A DNA stretch of 63,666 nucleotides, filler included, from Octopus bimaculoides (lineage: Eukaryota): NCBI RefSeq assembly GCF_001194135.2. It is 6 parts of 6 records of this genome, joined end to end, with 100 filler letters (N's around TTAATTAATTAA, not from the genome) between each part and the next. Parts side by side here need not be neighbours in the genome. Positions count along the whole stretch, not along the records: positions 46,408 to 50,091 come from NC_068983.1; positions 50,192 to 61,725 come from NW_026410805.1; positions 61,826 to 63,666 come from NW_026432633.1; 3 more parts are not named here. One strand, 5' to 3'. Each line of letters begins with the position of its first letter. Position 1 is the first letter of the stretch. The notes beneath the pieces are model-generated. The model ran no database searches. It saw nothing but the letters and a program-made list of their open reading frames with translations, and had not been told where the DNA came from. Position numbers and translations under genes: made by a program. Shown here one piece after another: positions 49,222 to 62,510 of this stretch.

Positions 49222-50091
49222 CTGGGATGAGGTGGTGAAGCACAACCTTTGAATGTTAGGCCTCACCAAAGCGGTGACAAATAACCAAGACCTTTGGAGA
49301 TATGCTGTAGTTGAGAAGACCCGGCAAGCCAAGTAAGACCATAACCATATCCTATGCCAGTGCAACATAACCAGCCCATTTAAGAGTACCCTTCAATCAT
49401 TGGGCATTAAACTGCGCTTGCAAAGACCTGTTGAGGCAAGTGAAGTCGCTGTCATGGCCAATGACAGTACCACTTGATTGGCACCTGTATGGTAGGTATG
49501 AGAGATTTGATTTGGTCAATTTTAACATAAAACAGGGAGAATATTTGGGCCAAGTATGACCAGATTAAATACTAAGGGGACATACATAAATAAAAGTATA
49601 TTGCATTTGCTGTTTATGGCAGATGCACTACATATTTTGTATTACATATTTTACGGTATATAGTTTATTGGAATCAGAATCGAATTAAATTGATGACTGG
49701 TACCCATGCCAACGTCATCTACTTCATTGGACATGAAACTCAGCTTGCGAAGACCTGTTGGGGCAAGCGAAAGCGAAATTGTGATGGCACCTGTGCCCAG
49801 CGTCGCCTTTCTGGCACTTGTGCCCGCGGCATGTGTAAGGACTTTCAAGCAAGATTGTTGCCAGTGCCCCTGGACTGGCTCTTGTGCGGGTGGCACATAA
49901 AATACACCAATTTGAGCGTGGCCGTTGCCAGTACCGCCTGACTGGCCTTCGTACCGGTGACACGTAAAAGCACCCACTACACTCTCAGAGTTGTTGGCAT
50001 TAGAAAGGGCATCCAGCTGTAGAAACTCTGCCAAATCAGATTGGAGCCTGGTGTAGCCATCTGGCTTCACCAGTCCTCAGTCAAATCGTCC
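49222..50091 (+). mobile_element. RTE LINE 3' end: ORF C-terminus and long 3'UTR (49222-49500, 49690-50091)
   Basis: WDEVVKHNL*MLGLTKAVTNNQDLWRYAVVEKTRQAK*, then a UTR ending in the tail found solo at 742, 18163 and 36972. Confidence 0.85.
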
Positions 50092-50191
50092 NNNNNNNNN
50101 NNNNNNNNNNNNNNNNNNNNNNNNNNNNNNNNNNNTTAATTAATTAANNNNNNNNNNNNNNNNNNNNNNNNNNNNNNNNNNNNNNNNNNNN

Positions 50192-50349
50192 ATATATATA
50201 CGACGGGCTTGTTTCAGTTTCCGTTTACCAAATCCACTCACAAGGCTTTGGTCGGCCCGAGGCTATAGTAGAAGACACTTGCTCAAGCTGCCAGTGGGAC
50301 TGAACTCGGAACCATGTGGATGGTAAGCAAGCTACTTACCACACCGCCA
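50192..50349 (-). mobile_element. Family-A SINE 5' half
   Basis: cgacgggcttgtttcagtttcc...ggtcggcccgaggctatagtagaagacacttgc...gctacttaccacac. Confidence 0.88.
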
Positions 50350-50521
50350 CATATATTTACTATGTATGTTTGTATGTATTTATGTATGTATGTATGTTTT
50401 GTGTGTATGTTTGTATATCTATACATACACATACACACACACACATATATATATATACACACACACACGCATATCTATATATATAAAAATGTGTGTATAT
50501 ATTAGTATGTATATGTTTATA

Positions 50522-50563
<42 letters not shown>

Positions 50564-52679
50564 CACACACATATGCACTTGTTCATGCATGTATATATAT
50601 TATGTATATATATATATGTATATATTTACTTATTCATATTTATATATGTGTAGGTACATATAAATATATGTGTGTGTGCATACATACACACGCACACACA
50701 TATAAACAAGCATGCATGCATACATACATACATCCATACATACATACATACTCCACGCAATGTGTCATTGATCTAAACAGTTTAGCTATATTTATACAGC
50801 TAATTTAATATATTTATTCAGTTAGTTCTATTTCGTCAATCAGCGTTCATTGTCCTGCTTGGAGTAGTACATTTTACTTCCTCGTCTGATACACTTTCAG
50901 CAGAATTGTTTAAAACAGATATAAGAAGAAGAAACTCCGATGCAATAATGGAATTGTATTATGGTTCTACAGCGCTCTTCTACCTTTCATTTTTCCCTGT
51001 ATGCATTGCAATTTTGGATTAGTTTTTTCTTCTAGCATTGTGGTTGTGGCGGAGTAATGGGCATTATTTTCCTTCGTTCATTTCATCCATTTAGCCATTC
51101 TTTCCTCTCTCCGACTTCTTTTGTTTGATCATTATACATGGTTTTTGAAAAAAATCCTTGTTTGTATGTTTCTTTCTTTCAGTTTTTTTTCTTTCGTTCG
51201 TTCGTTCGTTCGTTCTGTCGTCTGCTTGCTCGTTCGTACCTTCGTTCATTGTGTCGTCTTTTCTATTCGTTCGTTCGTTCGTCCATTCGTTCGTTCGGTT
51301 AATATTTCTTTTCCTTTTTCGTCATTCTGTCCGACTGCCATCTTTGATTTTTTTTTTTTGGGGGGGGTTCTTCTACTCTGTTCTGTTCCCTCGTTTGTTC
51401 TTGTTTGCTCCATCGTCTGCTTTCTTTAATGATCATTTTTAATCTATTAACCTTTCTCAAAGAAGAAGAAAAAAAGAAGAAAAATCACCGTTTCTGTCAT
51501 CCTTTTTCTCTCTAGCTCCGCCAATTTTTTCCTGTATTTTCTCTTCTTTCAATCATCCTTTTTTTTAAATTTCATTTCTGAATATCTCTTTTCTTTCAAT
51601 CATTTTTTTTACTTCATTCCAACTCTCTTTCTCCCTAGCACGCATATAATATACCTCACCCTCTTTCCTTCTCTCCCTATTTTTTTTTCTCTCTCTCTAT
51701 CTCTCACAACTACCAGCTCAACTATATTTCTCTCCCTTTTACTCACTCTTTTCTTCATTTCATTACAATTTTATTGTCTTCCATTTTTTCTTCAACTGAT
51801 TGTATTTGTCGTCTGCCTTAATGATCGTTTTCAATCTGTCAAACTTTATTGTTTTCTTCTTAGCCTATCATCCTTTTCCGCCATTATTAGTTTTTGTGTG
51901 TGGATAAAGAGGGCTCGTACGATGTTTTTGCCATTTTTCGTGAAGGAATGGTTTAAATCTTCCACAACGGTATTTGAACTCGAAATGCGAATTGATAAAA
52001 ACAAAATACAGCAAGGCATTGAGTAAGGCGGGCTATAATTTCTATCATAGAGTTTCTAAGTAATCACCCGACCATCTAAAAATAGCAGCTGGATCTGATT
52101 CAAATCATATCTTTAAAAACCAAGGACACATGGGATAGTCCAATATATAGAATGTCATAACAAATACAGATGTGATAGTCACTAACGGAAAGTCTTTGAT
52201 TATAGGCTTTTTCGTTCAGAAACAACATCAATGCTTATATCAATGAACCAATGAAGACACATCTAAATATCACTTAAATCACAATCTGCAACCTTGAAAA
52301 AAAATAAAGAAGAAATTTTGGATCCAGCAGAATGGAATATACACTCTCTCTAAAAAATGGGATAGTCGTGACTGGAATGTCATTGGCTTCTGACCTTAAA
52401 GGATTGGAAGTGTTAACACGTATATGTTTTTTCTTTGTGTAAAAAGATGGGCTACAGTAAATATTCTGCTCAATATTGCAGATTTGCGTTTCATCCCTCT
52501 GTGGTCCATCCACTAATGTTATATCGCCCGAAGAAATGAAACAATAATGATGATTAACCGGAGGCCCACGGATACTATGGACTACACTGAAATCATCCCG
52601 GGAATACAGACTGTGATCTTAAAAGTAATCTGATCGGTGGAAACGCGTGTATCGATGCATTGTTTATAAATTCCATCCT

Positions 52680-52691
52680 AGGATGATGATG

Positions 52692-52782
<91 letters not shown>

Positions 52783-52883
52783 TAAAAGCTGCTCTCCGTA
52801 GTGTAGTGAAAGCACGTGATAAAAATAAGNNNNNNNNNNAAAAATAAGACTACTGAATAATAATAATAATGATGATGATGATG

Positions 52884-52962
<79 letters not shown>

Positions 52963-55817
52963 TAATAATAATAATGATAATAATCATAATTAATAATAAT
53001 AATATATACACACACACACACACTCCCTCTCTCACGCACACACACACACACACACAAACACACACAAACACATACAGAAACACCCCAACAGTGGCTAGCA
53101 GGCCGAAATATCGAGCTCACTGTTACACACACACATATATGAACTTATTTATAAATTTATGTATGCATGTATATATGTTTGAATGAATATAGATGCATAG
53201 AAACACACACATACACAAACACACATGCATATATATGTAATATGAAGTATATATATATGTGTGGGTGTAGATATAAATGTATAAATACAGTGCTGTATCC
53301 ATGTATGCAAATGTATTCAATATTGGAATGGTTTTGATACCCATATATTGATAGTATAAACGGTTTTAAGAATATCCTTGGAGTGTTTTGTGTATTGCCA
53401 TGATGTCGGCATTTACACATACATACATACATACATACATACATACATACATACATACATGCATGCATACGTACATACATACATACATACATACATACAA
53501 GCGTACATACATACATCAATGTAGATATGCATACTTATATATATATTCATAGATATATACATCCATATATACGTACACACTCACTAAAACACAACTAGAA
53601 AGGTACATATATATGTACACACACATATTTATATGCATATATATNNNNNNNNNNNNNNNNNNNNNNNNNNNNNNNNNNNNNNNNNNNNNNNNNNNNNNNN
53701 NNNNNNNNNNNNNNNNNNNNNNNNNNNNNNNNNNNNNNNNNNNNNNNNNNNNNNNNNNNNNNNNNNNNNNNNNNNNNNNNNNNNNNNNNNNNNNNNNNNN
53801 NNNNNNNNNNNNNNNNNNNNNNNNNNNNNNNNNNNNNNNNNNNNNNNNNNNNNNNNNNNNNNNNNNNNNNNNNNNNNNNNNNNNNNNNNNNNNNNNNNNN
53901 NNNNNNNNNNNNNNNNNNNNNNNNNNNNNNNNNNNNNNNNNNNNNNNNNNNNNNNNNNNNNNNNNNNNNNNNTATATATATATATATGTATATATATATG
54001 TATATATATATATAGATATAACATACTGACAGACATATACATGCAAACACATATGTAGGCACACGCACATATATTCGTTGAAATCATGCATTCATGCAAA
54101 TATATGCATATAAAAAATACAGATATACACATACGTATACGCACATATGCACACATATACACATACACGCATATACACACATGCGTACACAACACACTCT
54201 CTCTGTATGTGCACTTGATGCCAGAGTTTAAGGTCGTCTATGTCACGTAGGTTTTGTCTGTAAAGGCCAAGTCTTGTTTTGTAGTGAAGGAATCGGTTTG
54301 AATGGCAGCGTCTATTGAAAATGTTCCTCGATTGTTTTAAAAGGGTGTTAATTGACAGACAAACGGAGGGCGGGAGAAAGAGAGAGGGAGAGGGAGAGAG
54401 AGAGGAAGAGGAAGAGAGAGACAAAGAGAGAAAGAGAGAGTGATAGATAAATACAGTGATAGACAGAGGGCGGGAGAGAGAGAGGGCGGAGAGAGAAAGA
54501 GGGGAAGAGAGAGACAAAGGCCGGGAGAGAGAGAGAAAGAGAAGAGATAGAGGAGTGAGAGAGAGAGTGGAGTGAGAGGGATAGTGAGAGATAGAGAGAT
54601 GAAGAGAGAGTGAGATTGTGAGAGAGTGAGAGTGTGAGAGAGTGAGAGAGAGAGTGAAAGGGAGCAAGAGAGACTGAAATAGAGGGACGGAGAAACGTAC
54701 AGCTATACGTAGACGAAAGGAACGAGTGTGGGTGTGTGAGAGGGAGAAAGAGAATTTGAAAGGCTCACAGATATGAAGGAAGTAAAGAAGGGCGTGATAA
54801 AGGAAGGAATAACTGAAGGACATTTTGGGTGAAATAACGAATGGTAGAGACGAAAGAGGTGAACGAGCCACGAATGATGATAATGATGAGGAGGCTGGTG
54901 GTGGGTACTGAAGGGGGGGGCTCATGATGAAGGCGATGGTGATATTGAGGGTAACGATGATGATGATGATGGTGATGATGTNNNNNNNNNNNNNNNNNNN
55001 NNNNNNNNNNNNNNNNNNNNNNNNNNNNNNNNNNNNNNNNNNNNNNNNNNNNNNNNNNNNNNNNNNNNNNNNNNNNNNNNNNNNNNNNNNNNNNNNNNNN
55101 NNNNNNNNNNNNNNNNNNNNNNNNNNNNNNNNNNNNNNNNNNNNNNNNNNNNNNNNNNNNNNNNNNNNNNNNNNNNNNNNNNNNNNNNNNNNNNNNNNNN
55201 NNNNNNNNNNNNNNNNNNNNNNNNNNNNNNNNNNNNNNNNNNNNNNNNNNNNNNNNNNNNNNNNNNNNNNNNNNNNNNNNNNNNNNNNNNNNNNNNNNNN
55301 NNNNNNNNNNNNNNNNNNNNNNNNNNNNNNNNNNNNNNNNNNNNNNNNNNNNNNNNNNNNNNNNNNNNNNNNNNNNNNNNNNNNNNNNNNNNNNNNNNNN
55401 NNNNNNNNNNNNNNNNNNNNNNNNNNNNNNNNNNNNNNNNNNNNNNNNNNNNNNNNNNNNNNNNNNNNNNNNNNNNNNNNNNNNNNNNNNNNNNNNNNNN
55501 NNNNNNNNNNNNNNNNNNNNNNNNNNNNNNNNNNNNNNNNNNNNNNNNNNNNNNNNNNNNNNNNNNNNNNNNNNNNNNNNNNNNNNNNNNNNNNNNNNNN
55601 NNNNNNNNNNNNNNNNNNNNNNNNNNNNNNNNNNNNNNNNNNNNNNNNNNNNNNNNNNNNNNNNNNNNNNNNNNNNNNNNNNNNNNNNNNNNNNNNNNNN
55701 NNNNNNNNNNNNNNNNNNGAAGGCGATGGTGATATTGAGGGTAACGATGATGATGATGATGGTGATGATGTTGATGCTGCTGATGATGATGGTGATGATA
55801 ATGATAGTGATGATGGC

Positions 55818-55865
<48 letters not shown>

Positions 55866-55875
55866 ATGCTGCTGC

Positions 55876-55911
<36 letters not shown>

Positions 55912-56183
55912 TGATGATGATGAGGAGGAGGAGGAGGAAAAGGCTGATTATGATGATTTTGATGATTTTGATGATATTGACGACGATGTTGATAATGATG
56001 ATGATGGTGATGATGAGGGTGGGGAGGATGGGAAGGATAATATTGCTGATATTGGTGATTATGATGATGATGATAGTGATGCTGCTGCTGCTGCTGCTAA
56101 TAATAATAGTTATAATAGTAATAATAATAATAATTATATTAATAATAATAATAGTAACAACAACGACAGCAACAACAACTACG

Positions 56184-56223
<40 letters not shown>

Positions 56224-57018
56224 TAATAATAATAATAATAATGATGATAATAATAATAATAATAATAATAATCGTAATAATAATAATAATAATAATAATG
56301 ATAATAATAATAATAATAATAATGATNNNNNNNNNNNNNNNNNNNNNNNNNNNNNNNNNNNNNNNNNNNNNNNNNNNNNNNNNNNNNNNNNNNNNNNNNN
56401 NNNNNNNNNNNNNNNNNNNNNNNNNNNNNNNNNNNNNNNNNNNNNNNNNNNNNNNNNNNNNNNNNNNNNNNNNNNNNNNNNNNNNNNNNNNNNNNNNNNN
56501 NNNNNNNNNNNNNNNNNNNNNNNNNNNNNNNNNNNNNNNNNNNNNNNNNNNNNNNNNNNNNNNNNNNNNNNNNNNNNNNNNNNNNNNNNNNNNNNNNNNN
56601 NNNNNNNNNNNNNNNNNNNNNNNNNNNNNNNNNNNNNNNNNNNNNNNNNNNNNNNNNNNNNNNNNNNNNNNNNNNNNNNNNNNNNNNNNNNNNNNNNNNN
56701 NNNNNNNNNNNNNNNNNNNNNNNNNNNNNNNNNNNNNNNNNNNNNNNNNNNNNNNNNNNNNNNNNNNNNNNNNNNNNNNNNNNNNNNNNNNNNNNNNNNN
56801 NNNNNNNNNNNNNNNNNNNNNNNNNNNNNNNNNNNNNNNNNNNNNNNNNNNNNNNNNNNNNNNNNNNNNNNNNNNNNNNNNNNNNNNNNNNNNNNNNNNN
56901 NNNNNNNNNNNNNNNNNNNNNNNNNNNNNNNNNNNNNNNNNNNNNNNNNNNNNNNNNNNNNNNNNNNNNNNNNNNNNNNNNNNNNNNNNNNNNNNNNAAT
57001 AATAATAGTAATAATGAA

Positions 57019-57109
<91 letters not shown>

Positions 57110-57143
57110 GTAATGATAGCAATAATAATAATAATAAATAATA

Positions 57144-57186
<43 letters not shown>

Positions 57187-57504
57187 GTAAAAAATTAGGA
57201 ATAATAATAAAAATATTGACGGTATTAGAGAAGACAACAAACAAGATGAAAAGAAGAAAAACGAGAAAAAGATAAGCATAAGAAACAAACAAAAAAGAAC
57301 AAAGAAAAAAAGAAGAAAAGAAAAAAAGACCTGAAGCAAAATAAGAAACGAAACGTCGACAATGATGAAAGAATGAAAAGAATCAATGATGGAATGAAAG
57401 AAAGAAGAAGAAATGAGAAGAGAAGAAAGAAGAAGAAAAAGAAAAAGAAAGGTGAGCAGGAAATATAAAGGGAAGAAATACTACTAATAACAACAACAAC
57501 AACA

Positions 57505-57548
<44 letters not shown>

Positions 57549-57691
57549 AATAATAATAATAATAATGAAGACCGAAAGAAAACGAAGAAAGAAATATGAA
57601 AGCCGAGTGGAACAGATGAATTGCAAATGCTAAGATTTTACAAAAGGCATTTGGGAAAGAAACCGAATATGTGTATAATAATTACACCGTC

Positions 57692-57724
<33 letters not shown>

Positions 57725-57790
57725 NNNNNNNNNNTGGTAGTGGTAGTAGTAGTGGTAGTAGTAGTAGTAGTAGTAGTAGTAGTACTAATC
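52680..57790. repeat. Microsatellite / low-complexity domain: (AAT)n, (GAT)n, (GAC)n, (GA)n, (CATA)n, (GTA)n, with large gaps
   Basis: Direct reading; this region accounts for the very long spurious ORFs in the track. Confidence 0.95.
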
Positions 57791-57879
57791 GTAGTAGCAG
57801 TTATTTTAATATTAGCAGTTGTAGCGTTCTTATCTGAAGTTGCAATGAAGCAACTTTCTGAAGTTTACTCAGAGTTTAC

Positions 57880-57965
57880 ATGAGAAAAGACCTCCCTAAC
57901 GATACTCAATACAGAAATTCTTCTGCAGTTGTTGCAGAGGTCATCAATTGTGCAAATAGCATGCA
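57880..57965 (-). mobile_element. Small decayed RTE RT fragment
   Basis: - strand IDDLCNNCRRISVLSIVREVFS corresponds to DCNNYRGISLLSIVGKVF. Confidence 0.45.
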
Positions 57966-58097
57966 GTTGTGCCGCCGGCACAAACTGTGCCAGCGCTGGA
58001 GTGAAGGAGTTGCCTCACAGGACAAGAGAGACCACCCTATAGAATGCCATCTAATAATGGTGCCTTGCCACTGGGAGGAGAGTAACCAGCTTTACTT

Positions 58098-58215
58098 CAG
58101 TGGTTCTCAGCCGGGGTCTGTATGAGCCCTGGAGGCTCGTATAAAATTTTTAGGGTCCACATGATCTAAATAGGAAATTGCATATAGACAGTAGTATATT
58201 AAGGGTTCATAAAAA
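58098..58215 (+). mobile_element. Possible hAT (Charlie-like) MITE left end
   Basis: Starts cagtggttctcagccggggtc; the right end is not visible because of the SINE and gap. Confidence 0.3.
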
Positions 58216-58225
58216 AAAAATTGCT

Positions 58226-58402
58226 AGGCGTAGGAGTGGCTGTATGGTAAGCAGCTTGCTTGTGAACCACATGGTTCCGGGTTCAGTCCCACTGCGTGGC
58301 ACCTTGGGCAAGTGTCTTCTACTATAGCCTCGGGCCGACCAAAGCCTTGTGAGTGGATTTGGTAGACGGAAACTGAAAGAAGCCCGTCGTATATATGTAT
58401 AT
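58226..58402 (+). mobile_element. Family-A SINE 5' half, young
   Basis: aggcgtaggagtggctgtatggtaag...ggttccgggttcagtcccactgcgtggcaccttgggcaagtgtcttc...gaagcccgtcg. Confidence 0.9.
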
Positions 58403-60099
58403 ACCACCACCACCACCACTACCACTACCACCACCACCACCACCACCATAAAAAAAGTCTCTTTTTTCNNNNNNNNNNNNNNNNNNNNNNNNNNNNNNNN
58501 NNNNNNNNNNNNNNNNNNNNNNNNNNNNNNNNNNNNNNNNNNNNNNNNNNNNNNNNNNNNNNNNNNNNNNNNNNNNNNNNNNNNNNNNNNNNNNNNNNNN
58601 NNNNNNNNNNNNNNNNNNNNNNNNNNNNNNNNNNNNNNNNNNNNNNNNNNNNNNNNNNNNNNNNNNNNNNNNNNNNNNNNNNNNNNNNNNNNNNNNNNNN
58701 NNNNNNNNNNNNNNNNNNNNNNNNNNNNNNNNNNNNNNNNNNNNNNNNNNNNNNNNNNNNNNNNNNNNNNNNNNNNNNNNNNNNNNNNNNNNNNNNNNNN
58801 NNNNNNNNNNNNNNNNNNNNNNNNNNNNNNNNNNNNNNNNNNNNNNNNNNNNNNNNNNNNNNNNNNNNNNNNNNNNNNNNNNNNNNNNNNNNNNNNNNNN
58901 NNNNNNNNNNNNNNNNNNNNNNNNNNNNNNNNNNNNNNNNNNNNNNNNNNNNNNNNNNNGTTAAATATTACTCAGCAATTTCTATTTTTCTTTTTAAAAA
59001 AAGAAGACGTTGGTGGGAAGACGTAGGTGACACCATGTGTAGTAGTTAAGAACAAAAATGAAAATAAAAAACTGAATTACACTTCTGTAAAAAAAAGCAT
59101 ATGTATGTATGTATGAATATATTCATGTGTGCATGTCTGTGTGTATACATGCATGCTTGTATGTGGCATATATGTATGCTGCATGTATGTATATATGCAT
59201 GTACTTATGCATGTATGCATGCATGTTTGTATGTATGTATTCATGTATGTATATATGCATGCAAGCATCCATTATTTATGCATGTATGTACGTATGTATG
59301 CATGTATTTTTGTGTATGTGTGTGTATATATCTGGGTGGGGCTCTCTCTATATATGTATATGTATTTGTGTGTATGTATGTAACTCTATCTATCTATCTA
59401 TCTATCTGTCTGTCTGTCTTGTCTATAAATATATAAATATGTATGCATATAGGAACAAAACAAGATATGAAACAAACAATTTGAAAGAAAAGACACGACC
59501 CAGGGAAAAGTGTATTCCAACAGACAATCATGCATAGACGGAGTAGGAGGAGAAAGGTGAGAGAAAAAGAGACGAGGAAGAAGATAAGGATGAAAAAGAA
59601 GAAAAGAAGAAGAGATAGGGAAAGAAAGAAACAGAAGAGATCCCGGAGATGATGAAGGAAAAGGAGGAGGAGGGGGAGTGGGAAGTGTAGAATAAGAATA
59701 AGAATAAAGGAAAAGAAGAGAAGGAATGAACAAGAGATTAGGTCCCCTCTATATATGAAGAAAGAAAACAATCTGAAGCAGATGCGATGCATATAGCTTA
59801 AGGATGGAGTACGGTCTGTGCCTACATATAGAGACATGCACATACCTTTACGCACATTTTCACAGACTCTTATATACACACGTATACATGTACGTTCTGT
59901 TCCAAACGATCCGGCTTTAACACAGCTGAGCCTAGGAGTTGTATTTTAACAGTGCAAAGTAGGAAATTTTGACTCAGCAAAATGTGTAAAGTTCCGTGTT
60001 TTCTTCTGCCTGTCTGAAAACGGCATCTGTTATTTTCATCTTTTATTTTATAGTTTTTAGAGTCATTGGACTGCAGCCATAATGGGGTACCGACTACAT

Positions 60100-60600
60100 A
60101 ACAACAACACAATTACTGCATTGCATTAGACTATTATACAATTATCAGACTGATACGATACAATTAATGTAGACTATACAACACAACACCAACACAACTG
60201 CAACACAGTTGCTACAGAACACAACAGAACTACAACGCAACTGCTACAACTATAGCACATGTTCAGTACAACTGCAATACAACGGATATATACACAAAAT
60301 AGCACAATACAACTACTAAACCATTGTAGACTATACAACTACTATACAACACTACATTACATATTTTCACAAATTCAACATTGCAATAGACTATACAACA
60401 TGACTGCAACACATCTATTTCAACACGAGACTACACTAAACATCACAACTGCTATACAACTAATCTATACAGCACAACTGCAACACAACTGCAACACAAC
60501 TGCAACACAGCTACTGCACCACTCTCGACTATGCAACTATAATACAACGACTACATAACATAACATGACGCAACAATGGATTTATTCTACACCACACAAC
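60100..60600. repeat. Degenerate tandem array of CAACTGCAACA / GACTATACAAC-like ~11-bp units
   Basis: Cleanest at 60473-60510 (cacaactgcaa repeated three times). Confidence 0.75.
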
Positions 60601-60975
60601 ATCACAGGAACGAACGAAGCTAAATATATTACGTTAGATATTGTGTATATATTTAGTTATTTAAAGCTGCCATCTTAGAACGTTTCAACGTTTCTATGAA
60701 TGTCAACGCCTTCGTCGAGCACGCCGCCGCCGATTCGGCCACCCCTACCTTTCAGTGTTCTTAATAAAGACAAAATAAAATACCTCCACTACTCTCAATG
60801 AAACATGCGTGTTACCTCATGGTGCATAAAAGGAATGGAGAGTGCATAATCTGCATTTTACAAATTTTCAAAAGTGCAATTGCGGCAGATCAATGGAGGA
60901 AAAGTTACTCCACGTTTAATGTTAAGATATGTGGAGAGTTACGCAACGCTATTGATTCAATCAATCAATCAATAT

Positions 60976-61042
<67 letters not shown>

Positions 61043-61152
61043 TACATACACACAAACACACACACACACACGTATATATGTTTATATGTGCATATATATA
61101 TAGATGTATATATACATGTATATATATATATGTATATATCTATGTATATATA

Positions 61153-61210
<58 letters not shown>

Positions 61211-61297
61211 NNNNNNNNNNGCATATATATATATATATATATGTAAATAAATATATATACATGCGTACGCGCGTGTGTGCATATATATGTATATGTA

Positions 61298-61346
<49 letters not shown>

Positions 61347-61498
61347 TTATATACATATATATATATATATATATATACGAATATATACACACATACATAT
61401 ATATACATATATACGTATATATATATACATACATATGTATACACATATATACGTACATCTGTGAATATATGTGTGTACAAACATGAATATATGTATGA

Positions 61499-61565
<67 letters not shown>

Positions 61566-61678
61566 CGTGCGTGCGTGTGTGTATATTTATATATGTGTAC
61601 ATATATTTATAGACGTACATGTATATACAAACACATATACATGGTTGTAAATGCATACATACATACATACATACATAT

Positions 61679-61725
<47 letters not shown>

Positions 61726-61888
61726 NNNNNNNNNNNNNNNNNNNNNNNNNNNNNNNNNNNNNNNNNNNNTTAATTAATTAANNNNNNNNNNNNNNNNNNN
61801 NNNNNNNNNNNNNNNNNNNNNNNNNCAGAAATGAAACTGATTGATAACATACATACATACATACATACATACGTATATACACATACAT

Positions 61889-62080
61889 GTGTCTAGAGCG
61901 AGAACCAAGTACTGCAAGAGCATGGGATACAAGGGCCCACGCATATTTAATGCCTTGCCGAAGCATCTGACAAATCTACATGGCGTAGGATTAGATGTTT
62001 TCAAAAAACAATTCGACCTCCAGCTCTCCAAGTTCCCAGATGGACCTACATCAGGGCAAGAAACTCAAACGAGAGCAGTA
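61889..62080 (+). mobile_element. CR1/L2-like LINE ORF2 C-terminus
   Basis: TKYCKSMGYKGPRIFNALPKHLTNLHGVGLDVFKKQFDLQLSKFPDGPT corresponds to GPxLFNxLPxxIRN.......FKxxLDxxL...PD.P. Confidence 0.75.
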
Positions 62081-62099
62081 ATACGAACTAAGTTTATTT

Positions 62100-62510
62100 C
62101 AGGACAGTCCATTGTGAATTGTTTTAGCAACAACATCATGCCGCATAGGGAAGTAGTACCGTGAGGACATTTTAGGACAACTGCTAATCACATGCGTGAT
62201 GTCTTCCACAAAAACATGACATTGCCTACACATGCGGTTACACCTTGGGGTTGCAAGAGCGTCACTGTCTCCCTTGTTCACCAGGTACTTTGTGGCAATC
62301 TCTTGTTTCTGGATTGCGAACGCATAACCTTCAAAGTGTGATGTGATGTAGTGGTCTTGTGTCCAAGAGAGGCTGCGCTTCGTGTCAATTCTACTGTCCT
62401 CTTCAAGCTTCCAGGCAACATACCCATGCATGGTCTTTTTTTTTTTTTTGTATGTTGAGTGCTTTCCATCCAGGTCTTCTCTGAGGTAAGCGAACCCAGC
62501 TGTTTTGGGG
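62100..62510 (-). mobile_element. RLE-clade (R4/Dong-like) non-LTR retrotransposon fragment: CCHC knuckle and RHD motif
   Basis: MHGYV...FAIQKQEIATKY...CRQCHVFVEDITHVISSCPKMSSRYYFPMRHDVVAKTIH corresponds to AxQDQxxxT..Y...CRxCxxxxETxxHIxxxCxxLAxxxYxxRHDxVAxxxH. Confidence 0.85.

Noticed and set aside
54929-55771. Identical 53-bp sequence on both sides of a gap (54929-54981 and 55719-55771)
   Set aside because: Most simply overlapping contig ends in low-complexity DNA, an assembly artefact.
54092-57339. Very long ORFs (1066, 692, 386 aa) and all other poly-X, poly-I/Y/L and (YI)n/(CV)n/(HT)n ORFs
   Set aside because: Produced by N gaps and microsatellites; no coding complexity.
60665-60725. 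Hammerhead reading of - strand cucGACGAagg...GAAAcguugaaacguu
   Set aside because: The core has an extra base, and stems I and II do not pair.
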